Part shown: piece after piece, positions 19,236-27,445 of the stretch
How positions within the stretch are numbered: the stretch's first letter is position 1
Layout: every line of letters starts with the position of its first letter
Virus record (IMG/VR): IMGVR_UViG_2684622674_000004
Span: 30,769 to 94,768 of that record
Source of the DNA: a virus
Taxonomy: Duplodnaviria > Caudoviricetes
Length of the DNA stretch: 64,000 nt
Direction: 5' to 3' (one strand)
Program-made: the position numbers and the translations under genes
Notes under the pieces: model-generated
Seen by the model: the letters and a program-made list of their open reading frames with translations, nothing else
Databases searched by the model: none
Told to the model about the DNA's origin: nothing

Positions 19236-20233
19236 TGGCTGAGCCTATTTTATATATTTCCCCTAGTGATGGTGGGAAGGGTATTTACATGACATCAGGA
19301 ACCCGGCTACTCAAGTTTCTGGGTAATTATGATACATTGGGAACGGGAAATCCGCCGTCAATCATACTGAATGGCTACACTGGAGGTCAGCTATATCTGG
19401 TTCCAACTTCGTTTGGAGGAGTTTCCATCCCAGCAGGGTCGGCTAGCGCATATGCGTGGTACGTCACCGGGTATTCAATGAGTGGTAATCGTATCACCTT
19501 TACCACTTCAAATAATAATATGGGGTGGGCGACATTTTCAGCTTTTGAAATTCCAAACTCACCAGCATTCGGCACTTACGGATTATTTCTGCAAAATTCG
19601 GCTAATTTCATGGCTATATCTGATGCGTCGGTATTGGGTTTTTGCACATGGAGAGGGCAGGTAACTATATCGTCAGATTGGCAAGTCCCTGCTGGAATTC
19701 CGAACCGAGATAACGCTATTGTATTTGCTAACTGGGCTGATCCTAATGTGTCGTTATTGTATGACGCCCCAAGTAAGAATATCCACTGCTTTGCTATAAA
19801 CTCTACAGGTTCAACAGGCAATGGATCTGTTGTTGCGAATGTTTGCATTTTTACCACGGGTTTCTTCCCCGAGCCACCAAGCCCCGGTACTGCTGGACTT
19901 GCTATATTCAATACCTCAGGACAATGTACGTTCTCATCTCGATACCCACCTTTAATATTGGCTAATACAACTCAATTGAGTTCTACGCCTAACGCGTGGG
20001 TGGACACCGTAATAGCCAGACCCATGATCCCCTTACCCAGCCTTGGGGGTCTCCCTGCGGGGAATGAGCAAAGTGGAGGTTACAGAGGTTGGTATCGCAC
20101 CGCTATGCGGATGTCTGGTTCTAGCATCACAGCTGGCCAAGGCGCTTATGTAAATAGCGTACCGATTAATGACAATAAATATGGTAATAGCCCACTGGCT
20201 TTACCCATATTGAATACAGATACTTACTTTTAA
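19235..20233 (+). CDS. Tail-tip associated protein downstream of J
   Basis: YGLFLQNS..F and GLAIFN..G.C.FSS repeats; coupled to J. Confidence 0.7.
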   Translation: MAEPILYISPSDGGKGIYMTSGTRLLKFLGNYDTLGTGNPPSIILNGYTGGQLYLVPTSFGGVSIPAGSASAYAWYVTGYSMSGNRITFTTSNNNMGWATFSAFEIPNSPAFGTYGLFLQNSANFMAISDASVLGFCTWRGQVTISSDWQVPAGIPNRDNAIVFANWADPNVSLLYDAPSKNIHCFAINSTGSTGNGSVVANVCIFTTGFFPEPPSPGTAGLAIFNTSGQCTFSSRYPPLILANTTQLSSTPNAWVDTVIARPMIPLPSLGGLPAGNEQSGGYRGWYRTAMRMSGSSITAGQGAYVNSVPINDNKYGNSPLALPILNTDTYF

Positions 20234-20252
20234 AATCAATAGGAATGTAACT

Positions 20253-21434
20253 ATGGCTTGGTATAGGTCAGGTACGGTCACGGCTACGGCCGGACAAAAT
20301 GTAATCACGGGAACGGGAACTCAATGGGCTAATAACGTAATGGGGGTAGCCCCAGGACAGGCGCTAATTGTGCCACGGCCTGACGGAAATACATTAATCT
20401 ATGAAATACTGGCAGTAGATAGTGATACCAAAATAAGAATTAACGGGAATGTAGTTGATGCATTAACTTCATCTAATTATGGAATTCAAACAAGTGTATC
20501 TAATTCATATTCGGCGCTAGCACGTGAAACATCAGCTCAATTAGCTTTGTATCAGCAACTATTACAAGACTGGCAACAGATAACTACTGGAACGGGTAAT
20601 ATCACCATTATAGCACCAGATGGTACTGAGGTTGTTATTCCTTCATTGGCTCAATTATCACAAGATATAAGTAATAAAATTAGCCAACAGCAATTATCTG
20701 TGATTGGTATTGGATTGCTGAATCAGTCCGATATTGCCAATTTCGATTGGCAAAACTTTGTATTCACGGCAGGTGCTAATTACGTCACTACCTATAACAC
20801 ATGGGTAAATCCTCCAGCAGGAATAACCTATAACGCAGGCACTCGCGTAAGCATTCGAGTGATTTATATTTCTAATATCGCTGCTGGGCCTAGAATGGGA
20901 TTAGAAATAACGCCAGATACCAACTCAGCAGCTAACTTTAAAGTTTATAAACTGCTGTGTGTAGGGGCGGCAGGTTCAAGGGTATTTACTTTTAATCAAG
21001 ATTGGAACTCAGCTATACCCATACCTATCACCGGCGGGGGGACTGGCGCAACTACTTTAGCAGGTGCTCAATCTGCGCTTGGAATAGTTACTGATGCTTT
21101 CGGTGCCGGCCAGGTTAGTGGAACACCTTGGGTGAATATGACGTTATATAATGGCTGGACAGTTCTTGGCGCGAATAATAGATGTCGGTATAGAAAAGTG
21201 CTTGGAATGGTGTTTATGGAATTTGCTGCTGCGGGAGGAACTGTTTCTACTATCACTACCTTACCTGTCGGATACCGCCCATTAGTCAGTGTTATTGCTC
21301 CTGCTGTTGGGACTCCCGCCTCAATTTCCAGCATATCTCCTCGACTAACAATTGACGCCGCTGGCGGAGTTACTGCTGATGGTTATGCGGCAGGTTCTCC
21401 AATTACCGCTGTTTTTTGTTTCTCATTGCAATAG
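20253..21434 (+). CDS. Side tail fibre / receptor-binding protein
   Basis: MAWYR.GTV...GTGT.W anchor, GGTGATT...A..ALG, C-terminal L.NGW...TLP.GYRP. Confidence 0.85.
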   Translation: MAWYRSGTVTATAGQNVITGTGTQWANNVMGVAPGQALIVPRPDGNTLIYEILAVDSDTKIRINGNVVDALTSSNYGIQTSVSNSYSALARETSAQLALYQQLLQDWQQITTGTGNITIIAPDGTEVVIPSLAQLSQDISNKISQQQLSVIGIGLLNQSDIANFDWQNFVFTAGANYVTTYNTWVNPPAGITYNAGTRVSIRVIYISNIAAGPRMGLEITPDTNSAANFKVYKLLCVGAAGSRVFTFNQDWNSAIPIPITGGGTGATTLAGAQSALGIVTDAFGAGQVSGTPWVNMTLYNGWTVLGANNRCRYRKVLGMVFMEFAAAGGTVSTITTLPVGYRPLVSVIAPAVGTPASISSISPRLTIDAAGGVTADGYAAGSPITAVFCFSLQ

Positions 21435-21442
21435 GATTACTC

Positions 21443-21883
21443 ATGAAATTAAATATTTTAGATGTCCAAGGGTTTTATATTGGTGATTATGTAGAAGGTG
21501 ACTTGCCTGATAACTGGACGTCAGATTTGCTGGGTAATGGCTACTATAAAGCCCAGTATCAGGGGGCAGTTAAGAACGATGAAACAGGTGAATGGACAGT
21601 CGGGAAATGGGTGGAAACTAGCGGCCCATCACCTGAAGATATCGAGAAAGTAAAAGAGTCACTTATTGCCGCTGCAAACGCAGAAAAAACAACACTCATG
21701 TCTCATGCGTCCGTCATGATCGGCGCATTATCAGATGAAATTGAGGGACTGGAAGATAACGATGATGTTGTGCCGGATAAACTGCGCACTGATTTGAAAG
21801 CGTGGAAGCAATATCGAGTTAAGGTGAAAAACGTCGATGTTTCACTTGTGCCGGATATTGAGTGGCCGACAGCGCCGGAGTGA
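21443..21883 (+). CDS. Tail fibre assembly chaperone
   Basis: WKQYRV.V..VD....PDIEWP..P C-terminus. Confidence 0.88.
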   Translation: MKLNILDVQGFYIGDYVEGDLPDNWTSDLLGNGYYKAQYQGAVKNDETGEWTVGKWVETSGPSPEDIEKVKESLIAAANAEKTTLMSHASVMIGALSDEIEGLEDNDDVVPDKLRTDLKAWKQYRVKVKNVDVSLVPDIEWPTAPE

Positions 21884-22038
21884 TGGGAGGGCAGGGATGC
21901 CTATGAGGTGGGGGTGGGGCGGAAATGGGACGTTGAGTCTAATTTACTGTAATCATGTTTAACCAAGTTTGCGCAAGTTGGGACGTGTGATCGACGGCTG
22001 GCGCGGTATCTAGTTGGTTTTAAAGGTAGATCTAGGAA

Positions 22039-22083
22039 CTTCTAAGCCGTAGGTCACAGGTTCGAGCCCTGTAGGGCGTACCA
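22039..22083 (+). pseudogene. 3' half of tRNA-Arg(UCU) = attR of prophage 1
   Basis: CTTCTAA anticodon loop, CAGG-TTCGAGC-CCTG T arm, acceptor strand and CCA; no D arm or 5' strand upstream. Confidence 0.88.
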
Positions 22084-22084
22084 T
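22068..22084 (+). repeat. attL core of element 2
   Basis: Identical to 60512-60528; corresponds to the tRNA 3' end. Confidence 0.9.
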
Positions 22085-22196
22085 CTATACTTCTTCTGCC
22101 GTCTATCTAAGTCTACTAATCCCTTATATAATCAGCCTCTCTGACAATTCCTAGCATCCCAACGTCTACCTACATCCACTGCAATCAACAACAAAG

Positions 22197-22247
22197 TGGG
22201 GGTACTATTGGGGGTATGTCTAGGTTCAATGAAGTGAGATACCCCCA
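22197..22247. promoter_or_regulatory. Putative integrase arm-type sites (TGGGGGTA x2 plus inverted TACCCCCA)
   Basis: Copies at 22197, 22209 and 22240; the same pair recurs at 60430 and 60442 beside attR. Confidence 0.7.
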
Positions 22248-22248
22248 C

Positions 22249-23436
22249 ATGAAATTGAACGCCCGACAAGTCGATACGGCAAAGCCAAAAGAGAAACCTT
22301 ATAAGCTATCTGATGGCGGTGGATTATTTTTGTTAGTCAAAACTACTGGTTCACGTTGTTGGCGGCTGAAATATCGGATCGCCGGTAAAGAAAAATTGCT
22401 AGCATTTGGGGTCTATCCTGATATCACTCTTGCTGAAGCTAGAGCAAAAAGAGATGAGGCTAAGCGTATACTTGCAGTGGGCGGCGACCCTGGTGAAGAA
22501 AAAAAAGTAGAAAAACAAACCAGAAAAGTCAGCATTGATAACACGTTCGAAGCTCTTGCCAGAGAATGGCATGCCTATAAAAGGCCCAATTGGTCCAAAG
22601 GTTATGCTGATGATTTAATGGAGTCGTTCGAAAAAGACATATTCCCTTACGTTGGTAAACGTCCAATTGCCGAAATCAAACCTCTAGAAATTCTCGAAAC
22701 CCTACGCAAGTTAGAAAAGCGCGGCGTCCTCGATAAAATGCGTAAGATCCGTCAGGCATGCAGCCAAACTTTCCGTTATGCAATCGTAACTGGCAGAGCA
22801 GAGAACAATCCAGCAAGTGAACTAGCTGGCGCTCTGGCTGTTCAGAAGCATACACATTACCCCCACCTCTTAGCGAACGAGCTTCCCGCATACCTTAATG
22901 CTCTCAACGCCTATAGCGGCAGTACAGTCACTCGAATAGCAACACGGCTCCTTATGCTTACCGGTGTTCGTACAACTGAACTACGGGCTGCTGAGTGGCT
23001 AGAATTTGACTTGGACAAAGCCGTCTGGGAAGTTCCCACCGCCAGAATGAAAATGCGTCGTCCTCACTTGGTTCCCTTGTCAGAGCAAGTTTTGGCATTA
23101 CTGCGTCAATTACATGAGATTACTGGGCGATTTAAACTGGTATTCCCCGGTCGTAATGACAGCTTAAAGCCAATGAGCGAAGCCAGTATTAATCAGGTCA
23201 TAAAACGTATTGGTTATCATGGTAAAGCCACTGGTCACGGTTTTCGGCACACTATGAGCACCATTTTGCATGAGCAGGGGTTTAATACTGCGTGGATAGA
23301 AACACAGTTGGCCCACGTGGATAAAAACAGCATTCGTGGTACTTACAATCACGCCCAGTATCTGGATGGCCGCAGGGAAATGCTTCAGTGGTATGCCGAC
23401 TATATGGATTGCAGAGAACGTCAGTCGAAAGATTAG
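22249..23436 (+). CDS. int: P4-family tyrosine integrase
   Basis: MKLNARQV..AKPKEKPYKLSDGGGL; catalytic R (TGVR), HGFR, QLAH, YNHA.Y. Confidence 0.96.
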   Translation: MKLNARQVDTAKPKEKPYKLSDGGGLFLLVKTTGSRCWRLKYRIAGKEKLLAFGVYPDITLAEARAKRDEAKRILAVGGDPGEEKKVEKQTRKVSIDNTFEALAREWHAYKRPNWSKGYADDLMESFEKDIFPYVGKRPIAEIKPLEILETLRKLEKRGVLDKMRKIRQACSQTFRYAIVTGRAENNPASELAGALAVQKHTHYPHLLANELPAYLNALNAYSGSTVTRIATRLLMLTGVRTTELRAAEWLEFDLDKAVWEVPTARMKMRRPHLVPLSEQVLALLRQLHEITGRFKLVFPGRNDSLKPMSEASINQVIKRIGYHGKATGHGFRHTMSTILHEQGFNTAWIETQLAHVDKNSIRGTYNHAQYLDGRREMLQWYADYMDCRERQSKD

Positions 23437-23473
23437 TTATTAGGTAAAACTCTTCCGTGAGGAATAAAAAAGG

Positions 23474-23582
23474 GTCGGTTCAGTAGGTTCAGTCGGTTCA
23501 ATATTTTAGTTTGTTGATTTATAGGTTAATTAATTCATTTTTTGAACCGACCCTGAACCGACTTTAGGCCATTTGAACCGAC
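23474..23582. repeat. Iteron cluster 1: three GTCGGTTCA-type and three TGAACCGAC copies around an AT-rich core
   Basis: 9-mers at 23474, 23483, 23492 (reverse) and 23543, 23554, 23574 (forward). Confidence 0.85.
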
Positions 23583-23850
23583 CCTAATCGCGTTATCTCC
23601 CGAAAACCTGGCTTTTTCTCAGCTAAATCACCCTAAATATGCCATTGATCAGCTGAAATTGTTCACCACAGTTTGATGTGAAAATGTGAAGTGATGCTGT
23701 GCATCGATAGGGTGGGTGCTGGACGAGTATACAGTGGTGATTTATAGTAGACCTCAAGAGAATAAGGCTATGCCTAGGCTGATCCCCGAAAACCAGTGCA
23801 CCTCTACTGGCTGGCATAGTTCCCAGACTAATGAGGGTATGAGGTGGTGT

Positions 23851-24732
23851 ATGGGGAAGGCGATAAAAAAAGAACTATCGTGGTTCAATATGAAAAATTA
23901 TGCGTTTTTGCATAACTTAACGTTAATGGACCTGATTAAAGAACTGGAGTGGAGAGATTTTTTATTCCGTCACCTAGATGATGACTCGGATATTTTTGAG
24001 CATGAATATGAAATAAAATATAATAGGATTTTCAGTGGTGACCCTAATATTGAAGTCCTTAGCCAAGAAGAGTTGGAGACTGAGGAGCTAATTCACCACA
24101 TAGGCGAACAGGCCCCTTCTTTAAGAAATATGTATGGAGAGTTACCGAGACTCTCTTCAAGAGAGGGAGTGAGTCCAGTTACATTCACGGAACTATCTAT
24201 GTACTCGTTTGCTGCTATTAAGCAGGGATTTTTTAAAAGAGATGAAGAAAATACCTACATAAAATCTAATGCGATGCTTGCAAGTGTTACTGGTAATATT
24301 GATGCTTGTTTTAGTAATAGTGTTCTAACTTCAATTGATTTGGATGATGCCACTGATGATGAAATTATCACTAGTATGATGCATCTCCTCCCTCTATGGA
24401 GGGCTCAGTTATCTCTCCCTGAAAAAGACCATGTGGCACCAAAAAGAATTGGTGTAAAAACGTTGCAAAAACTAATTTCTAACAGGGTTATTCCCATACT
24501 TGATCTACTTCTCTGGGGCAAAGTGTTCGGTAAAGAAATAACCAATCCTATGATATCTTTACTAGTTTTTGATGATGACCCTAAGGACACTCAAGCGATA
24601 AAAGAGTCTATAAAGCCATTTGCACTAGAGGCAATGGGAGATAAATATACTCGCCTACTTCGCTTGCATATTAATAAAGATAAAGAGCTAGTCTCGACAA
24701 AAATTTCAGAACTAATGCGTAGAGATTTGTAA
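23851..24732 (+). CDS. Satellite-associated protein upstream of alpA (DUF6387-like)
   Basis: WF..KNY, DL...TDDEI...LLP.WR..L, ILDLLLW pattern; int-alpA position; start uncertain. Confidence 0.6.
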   Translation: MGKAIKKELSWFNMKNYAFLHNLTLMDLIKELEWRDFLFRHLDDDSDIFEHEYEIKYNRIFSGDPNIEVLSQEELETEELIHHIGEQAPSLRNMYGELPRLSSREGVSPVTFTELSMYSFAAIKQGFFKRDEENTYIKSNAMLASVTGNIDACFSNSVLTSIDLDDATDDEIITSMMHLLPLWRAQLSLPEKDHVAPKRIGVKTLQKLISNRVIPILDLLLWGKVFGKEITNPMISLLVFDDDPKDTQAIKESIKPFALEAMGDKYTRLLRLHINKDKELVSTKISELMRRDL

Positions 24733-24928
24733 TGAGAAAAAATCTACGAATTTAGATTTAATTAAAAATCGAGGTTTTTTCATGAATGTTTTTTCTAATG
24801 AAAATAAATGAATAAATCTCGAAGTAAATTATTTTTTTAATTTCAGCTTATTATATTTTTTCTTGTGATTAAAGTATCTCCTGTACACCAAGGTATATAA
24901 CCGACCATTACTGAAAACAGGGGTTATT

Positions 24929-25126
24929 ATGTCACAATCACTTATCCGCCTATCAGAAGTCCAACGCCGCACTGGTTATAGTAAGGCTTGGCTTTACCGC
25001 CTTATCAGCCAGAATCGATTTCCTCAATCGATTAAAATCGGCACCCGTTCTATTGCCTTCGTTGAAAGCGAAATTGACGAGTGGATCAACCAACGCATCG
25101 CTGAATCCCGCAAAGAGGTCGCCTAA
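24929..25126 (+). CDS. alpA: AlpA-family regulator/excisionase
   Basis: LIRL.EV.RRTG.SKAW.YRLI...FP..IKIG.R.IAFVESEIDEWI. Confidence 0.93.
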   Translation: MSQSLIRLSEVQRRTGYSKAWLYRLISQNRFPQSIKIGTRSIAFVESEIDEWINQRIAESRKEVA

Positions 25127-25234
25127 TTAAGCATATAGGGTGTGCATTTGTTGCGAGTATTTGCGTTAGGTTTAATCCAACATTTGATTTGCGTCGCTAC
25201 AGACACCAAACGATTTAACGAAGGGTAATTCAAC

Positions 25235-25747
25235 ATGAAAAAATTAAATGCCTTAATTGGCAGCACCCAAACTCAGCCTAAAATAGTACTCAGCGGTATT
25301 AACGTTAATGGCTTGCCTATCGAGTTTGTAGATCAATGGACAGAGTATTGGACTAAGCAGAGTTTCGCTATTTCTGTCCCTGCCAATATTCGTCGCCAGT
25401 ATTATCCCGATGATTCAGCGTTCAGTGTAGCCATGCACAAAGCTGGCTATGTGCCGGTTCGTACTCGGAAGCTGACAGGGAAAGACGGACGATTCTGGTT
25501 GTATCGAGTAACCGGCAAAGATAAGGGGGTTGTCGCACCAGTTCCCGCTAATAGCAAGGCTTGTGGCCTATTTGTGCAGGTGTCACATAAGCCTCGATAT
25601 GGTTATAACGAGGTCGCTTTAGATGGAAAATTACTTCATGTATACGGTGACCACATCCGCTTACTGACTAAAAAGCGGGTTCGTGTGAATGGTAAGCAGG
25701 TTCAGGGCTACACAGCTAAAGGCCTGCGTGTGGAGGTGGTGGCATGA
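25235..25747 (+). CDS. Hypothetical basic protein
   Basis: AAGGG RBS, 170 aa; ATGA overlap with the next ORF. Confidence 0.65.
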   Translation: MKKLNALIGSTQTQPKIVLSGINVNGLPIEFVDQWTEYWTKQSFAISVPANIRRQYYPDDSAFSVAMHKAGYVPVRTRKLTGKDGRFWLYRVTGKDKGVVAPVPANSKACGLFVQVSHKPRYGYNEVALDGKLLHVYGDHIRLLTKKRVRVNGKQVQGYTAKGLRVEVVA

Positions 25748-25775
25748 TGCCCACAACTCAAGCCGCCACCCTGAA

Positions 25776-26490
25776 CCGACTATCTTTGAGCGAGTCGGAT
25801 ACTAACCTGATAATTTCGGGTCAGTTGCAAAAAATTTTGCAGGTGACTTTCGGTTACTTACAAACAGCCCCAGCAATTTCGGTTCTGTTGAAGGGCGGTA
25901 ATAGTAACGCTCAAAATTTAAACTACGAAACTTGCGTAGTTCCTGATGCAAGCAATCTATACCAATCTCCAAAATTTAATGGAGATTGCTACTCAGCCAA
26001 ATATTCGGCTCAGAAAACGCCGCTCAAAAACGGCAATTCACCGAGTTTACCGGCACACCGTAACCTGTTGATTAAACTTAATTGTGCTGAAATGGAATTA
26101 GCTAACTCATTGATTCTTTCGAGGAACGCACAGTCCGTTTGTCGGGAAATCAAAGGCGAACAGTGTTCGGGTTCGGCTGAACATTACCGTTACTCAGGTT
26201 CGTCCGAATATAAACATTGCTTAGGTTCGGTAGTCATTCGAAACGGATGTAACAATGAAAATCAGCAAGTTACAGGCAAAGAAAAGGGAGGCACTGAGAA
26301 TACCGCCCTTTGTGGTTATGGTTTTTTCCATCATGAGGAAAATCAACATGTTGCAGCGCGGCAGGATTTGCAGCTAGTTAGAAACTATTCGCAAAACCCA
26401 CACATGCTAAATGATTACTCAAATCTGAGTCATGAGGAAAATCAACATCTTGCAGAACAGCATGTTCGTACCTGCGAAATTTTAGTAGGT
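25776..26490. repeat. Array of more than 12 different short palindromes, 5 IHF-consensus sites and short direct repeats, inside the open frame 25744-26994
   Basis: e.g. TGCAAAA-AA-TTTTGCA 25826, AACTACG-N7-CGTAGTT 25921, CAATCTCCA-N8-TGGAGATTG 25963, CGAACA-G-TGTTCG 26157, AAAGGGAGG-N11-CCGCCCTTT 26283. Confidence 0.8.
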
Positions 26491-26669
26491 CAGCCCTTTG
26501 GCTCAATTTCTCGTTGCTTAAGTTCCTTTCTAATTATGCGCTTTATCCAAGCAGCTAACGATTCATCGCCGTCCTGTCGCTGGGCTTCTTCCATTAAATC
26601 TCGCAGTTCAGGATCTAGTCGAAATTGGAATGGTGGATTGCCACGTCTTTCATTTTTGTGTGTTGACAC
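26490..26669 (-). CDS. 59-aa ribbon-helix-helix-like regulator (absent from the ORF track)
   Basis: GTG start; MSTHKNERRGNPPFQFRLDPELRDLMEEAQRQDGDESLAAWIKRIIRKELKQREIEPKG*. Confidence 0.75.
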   Translation of the reverse strand: MSTHKNERRGNPPFQFRLDPELRDLMEEAQRQDGDESLAAWIKRIIRKELKQREIEPKG

Positions 26670-26683
26670 GTTAAGTACACCCG

Positions 26684-26717
26684 ATGTAATGTGTTTGTGT
26701 GTGATGACACATTACAT
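26684..26717. promoter_or_regulatory. Perfect 11-bp inverted repeat, candidate operator between the RHH gene and the icd-like gene
   Basis: ATGTAATGTGT-N12-ACACATTACAT. Confidence 0.7.
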
Positions 26718-26805
26718 GCACATGAATGAAAAGGCAACGCCCCGGAGTGCGGAAACACTACCGAGGCGTCTTACCACCAACGATAGATTAGATATCGAGG
26801 CAGCT

Positions 26806-26994
26806 ATGTTAAATCATACCCCAACTCGCTTTAAATTTCTCTTTCTCGCCGTGTGCCGTTCTGACCTGAACGCCAAGCCGCACCGTGAATCAGTCACTGC
26901 CCATTCCGAACAAGACGCCCGCCGCTCCCTGGCTGGTCAGTTTGTACTTTCCTTTGCTGGCCGCATTCCTGCACAGGGGGTATGCAATGCTTAA
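26806..26994 (+). CDS. Icd-like host cell division inhibitor
   Basis: GAGG RBS; F.FLAV.R.D....P.R..V.A.SEQDARR.L...FVLSFAGRIP; forms the C-terminus of the 416-aa ORF. Confidence 0.8.
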   Translation: MLNHTPTRFKFLFLAVCRSDLNAKPHRESVTAHSEQDARRSLAGQFVLSFAGRIPAQGVCNA

Positions 26995-27445
26995 AAAATA
27001 CCGTGTTGAATTTAGCGCATTAGACGCTGCTGGTGGTGCTCTCAAACTGTCATGGTGTGGTGAAGCTGAAAGCCTTGATAAAGCATCTGCCACTGTTCTC
27101 TTGGGGGCTACAGAGCGCCGGTTAAGCAACGTTCAGATCACCAGCATCATGCAGCTCCTTGATGAGGATGATATCTACCCACCTTCATACAAAGAAACTC
27201 AAGCCCTGATTGCTGAACTGATGGGCAGCCATGGTAAGCCAATCCCTGACACCAGCGAGAATGTATCCCGCACTCGGTTACTTCGCGTTAAAGAAGGTCT
27301 GCTTCATTTGTTGACGGTTGTTATTCCTCTGATTGAGAACGAGCAGCAACGATTGCAGGTGTATTGGTGGGCTGAGGCGGTACATAACATCGTGCAGTTT
27401 GAAGAGCTTGACGCGAAAAATGAGCAGGGGGTGTGCAATGTCTAA
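26987..27445 (+). CDS. Hypothetical satellite protein
   Basis: CAGGGGGT RBS; overlaps the icd-like stop. Confidence 0.7.
   Translation: MLKKYRVEFSALDAAGGALKLSWCGEAESLDKASATVLLGATERRLSNVQITSIMQLLDEDDIYPPSYKETQALIAELMGSHGKPIPDTSENVSRTRLLRVKEGLLHLLTVVIPLIENEQQRLQVYWWAEAVHNIVQFEELDAKNEQGVCNV

Larger units (their letters stand above)
1..22083 (+). mobile_element. Prophage 1: right (late) half of a lambdoid siphovirus prophage, ending at attR in the tRNA-Arg 3' half
   Basis: Contiguous head-tail gene order (scaffold, capsid, connectors, tail tube, chaperones, TMP, M/L/K/I/J, fibre) ending at a tRNA 3' fragment; left end lies outside the window. Confidence 0.93.

Noticed and set aside
20253-21434. 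Diversity-generating retroelement or invertible tail-fibre shufflon
   Set aside because: No reverse transcriptase, no template/variable repeat pair noticed, no intact invertase; the only invertase (62421) is a distant pseudogene
22005-22083. Intact tRNA-Arg gene
   Set aside because: Upstream sequence cannot form the acceptor 5' strand, D arm or anticodon 5' stem; only the 3' half is present
25776-26490. CRISPR array
   Set aside because: No constant direct repeat separating spacers and no cas genes; the units are different palindromes
25744-26994. A single conventional 416-aa protein
   Set aside because: Only the last 62 aa resemble a known family (Icd-like, with its own RBS); the rest overlies a palindrome array and an antisense gene. 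Translation is possible (GGAGG, ATGA coupling), but a folded product is unsupported
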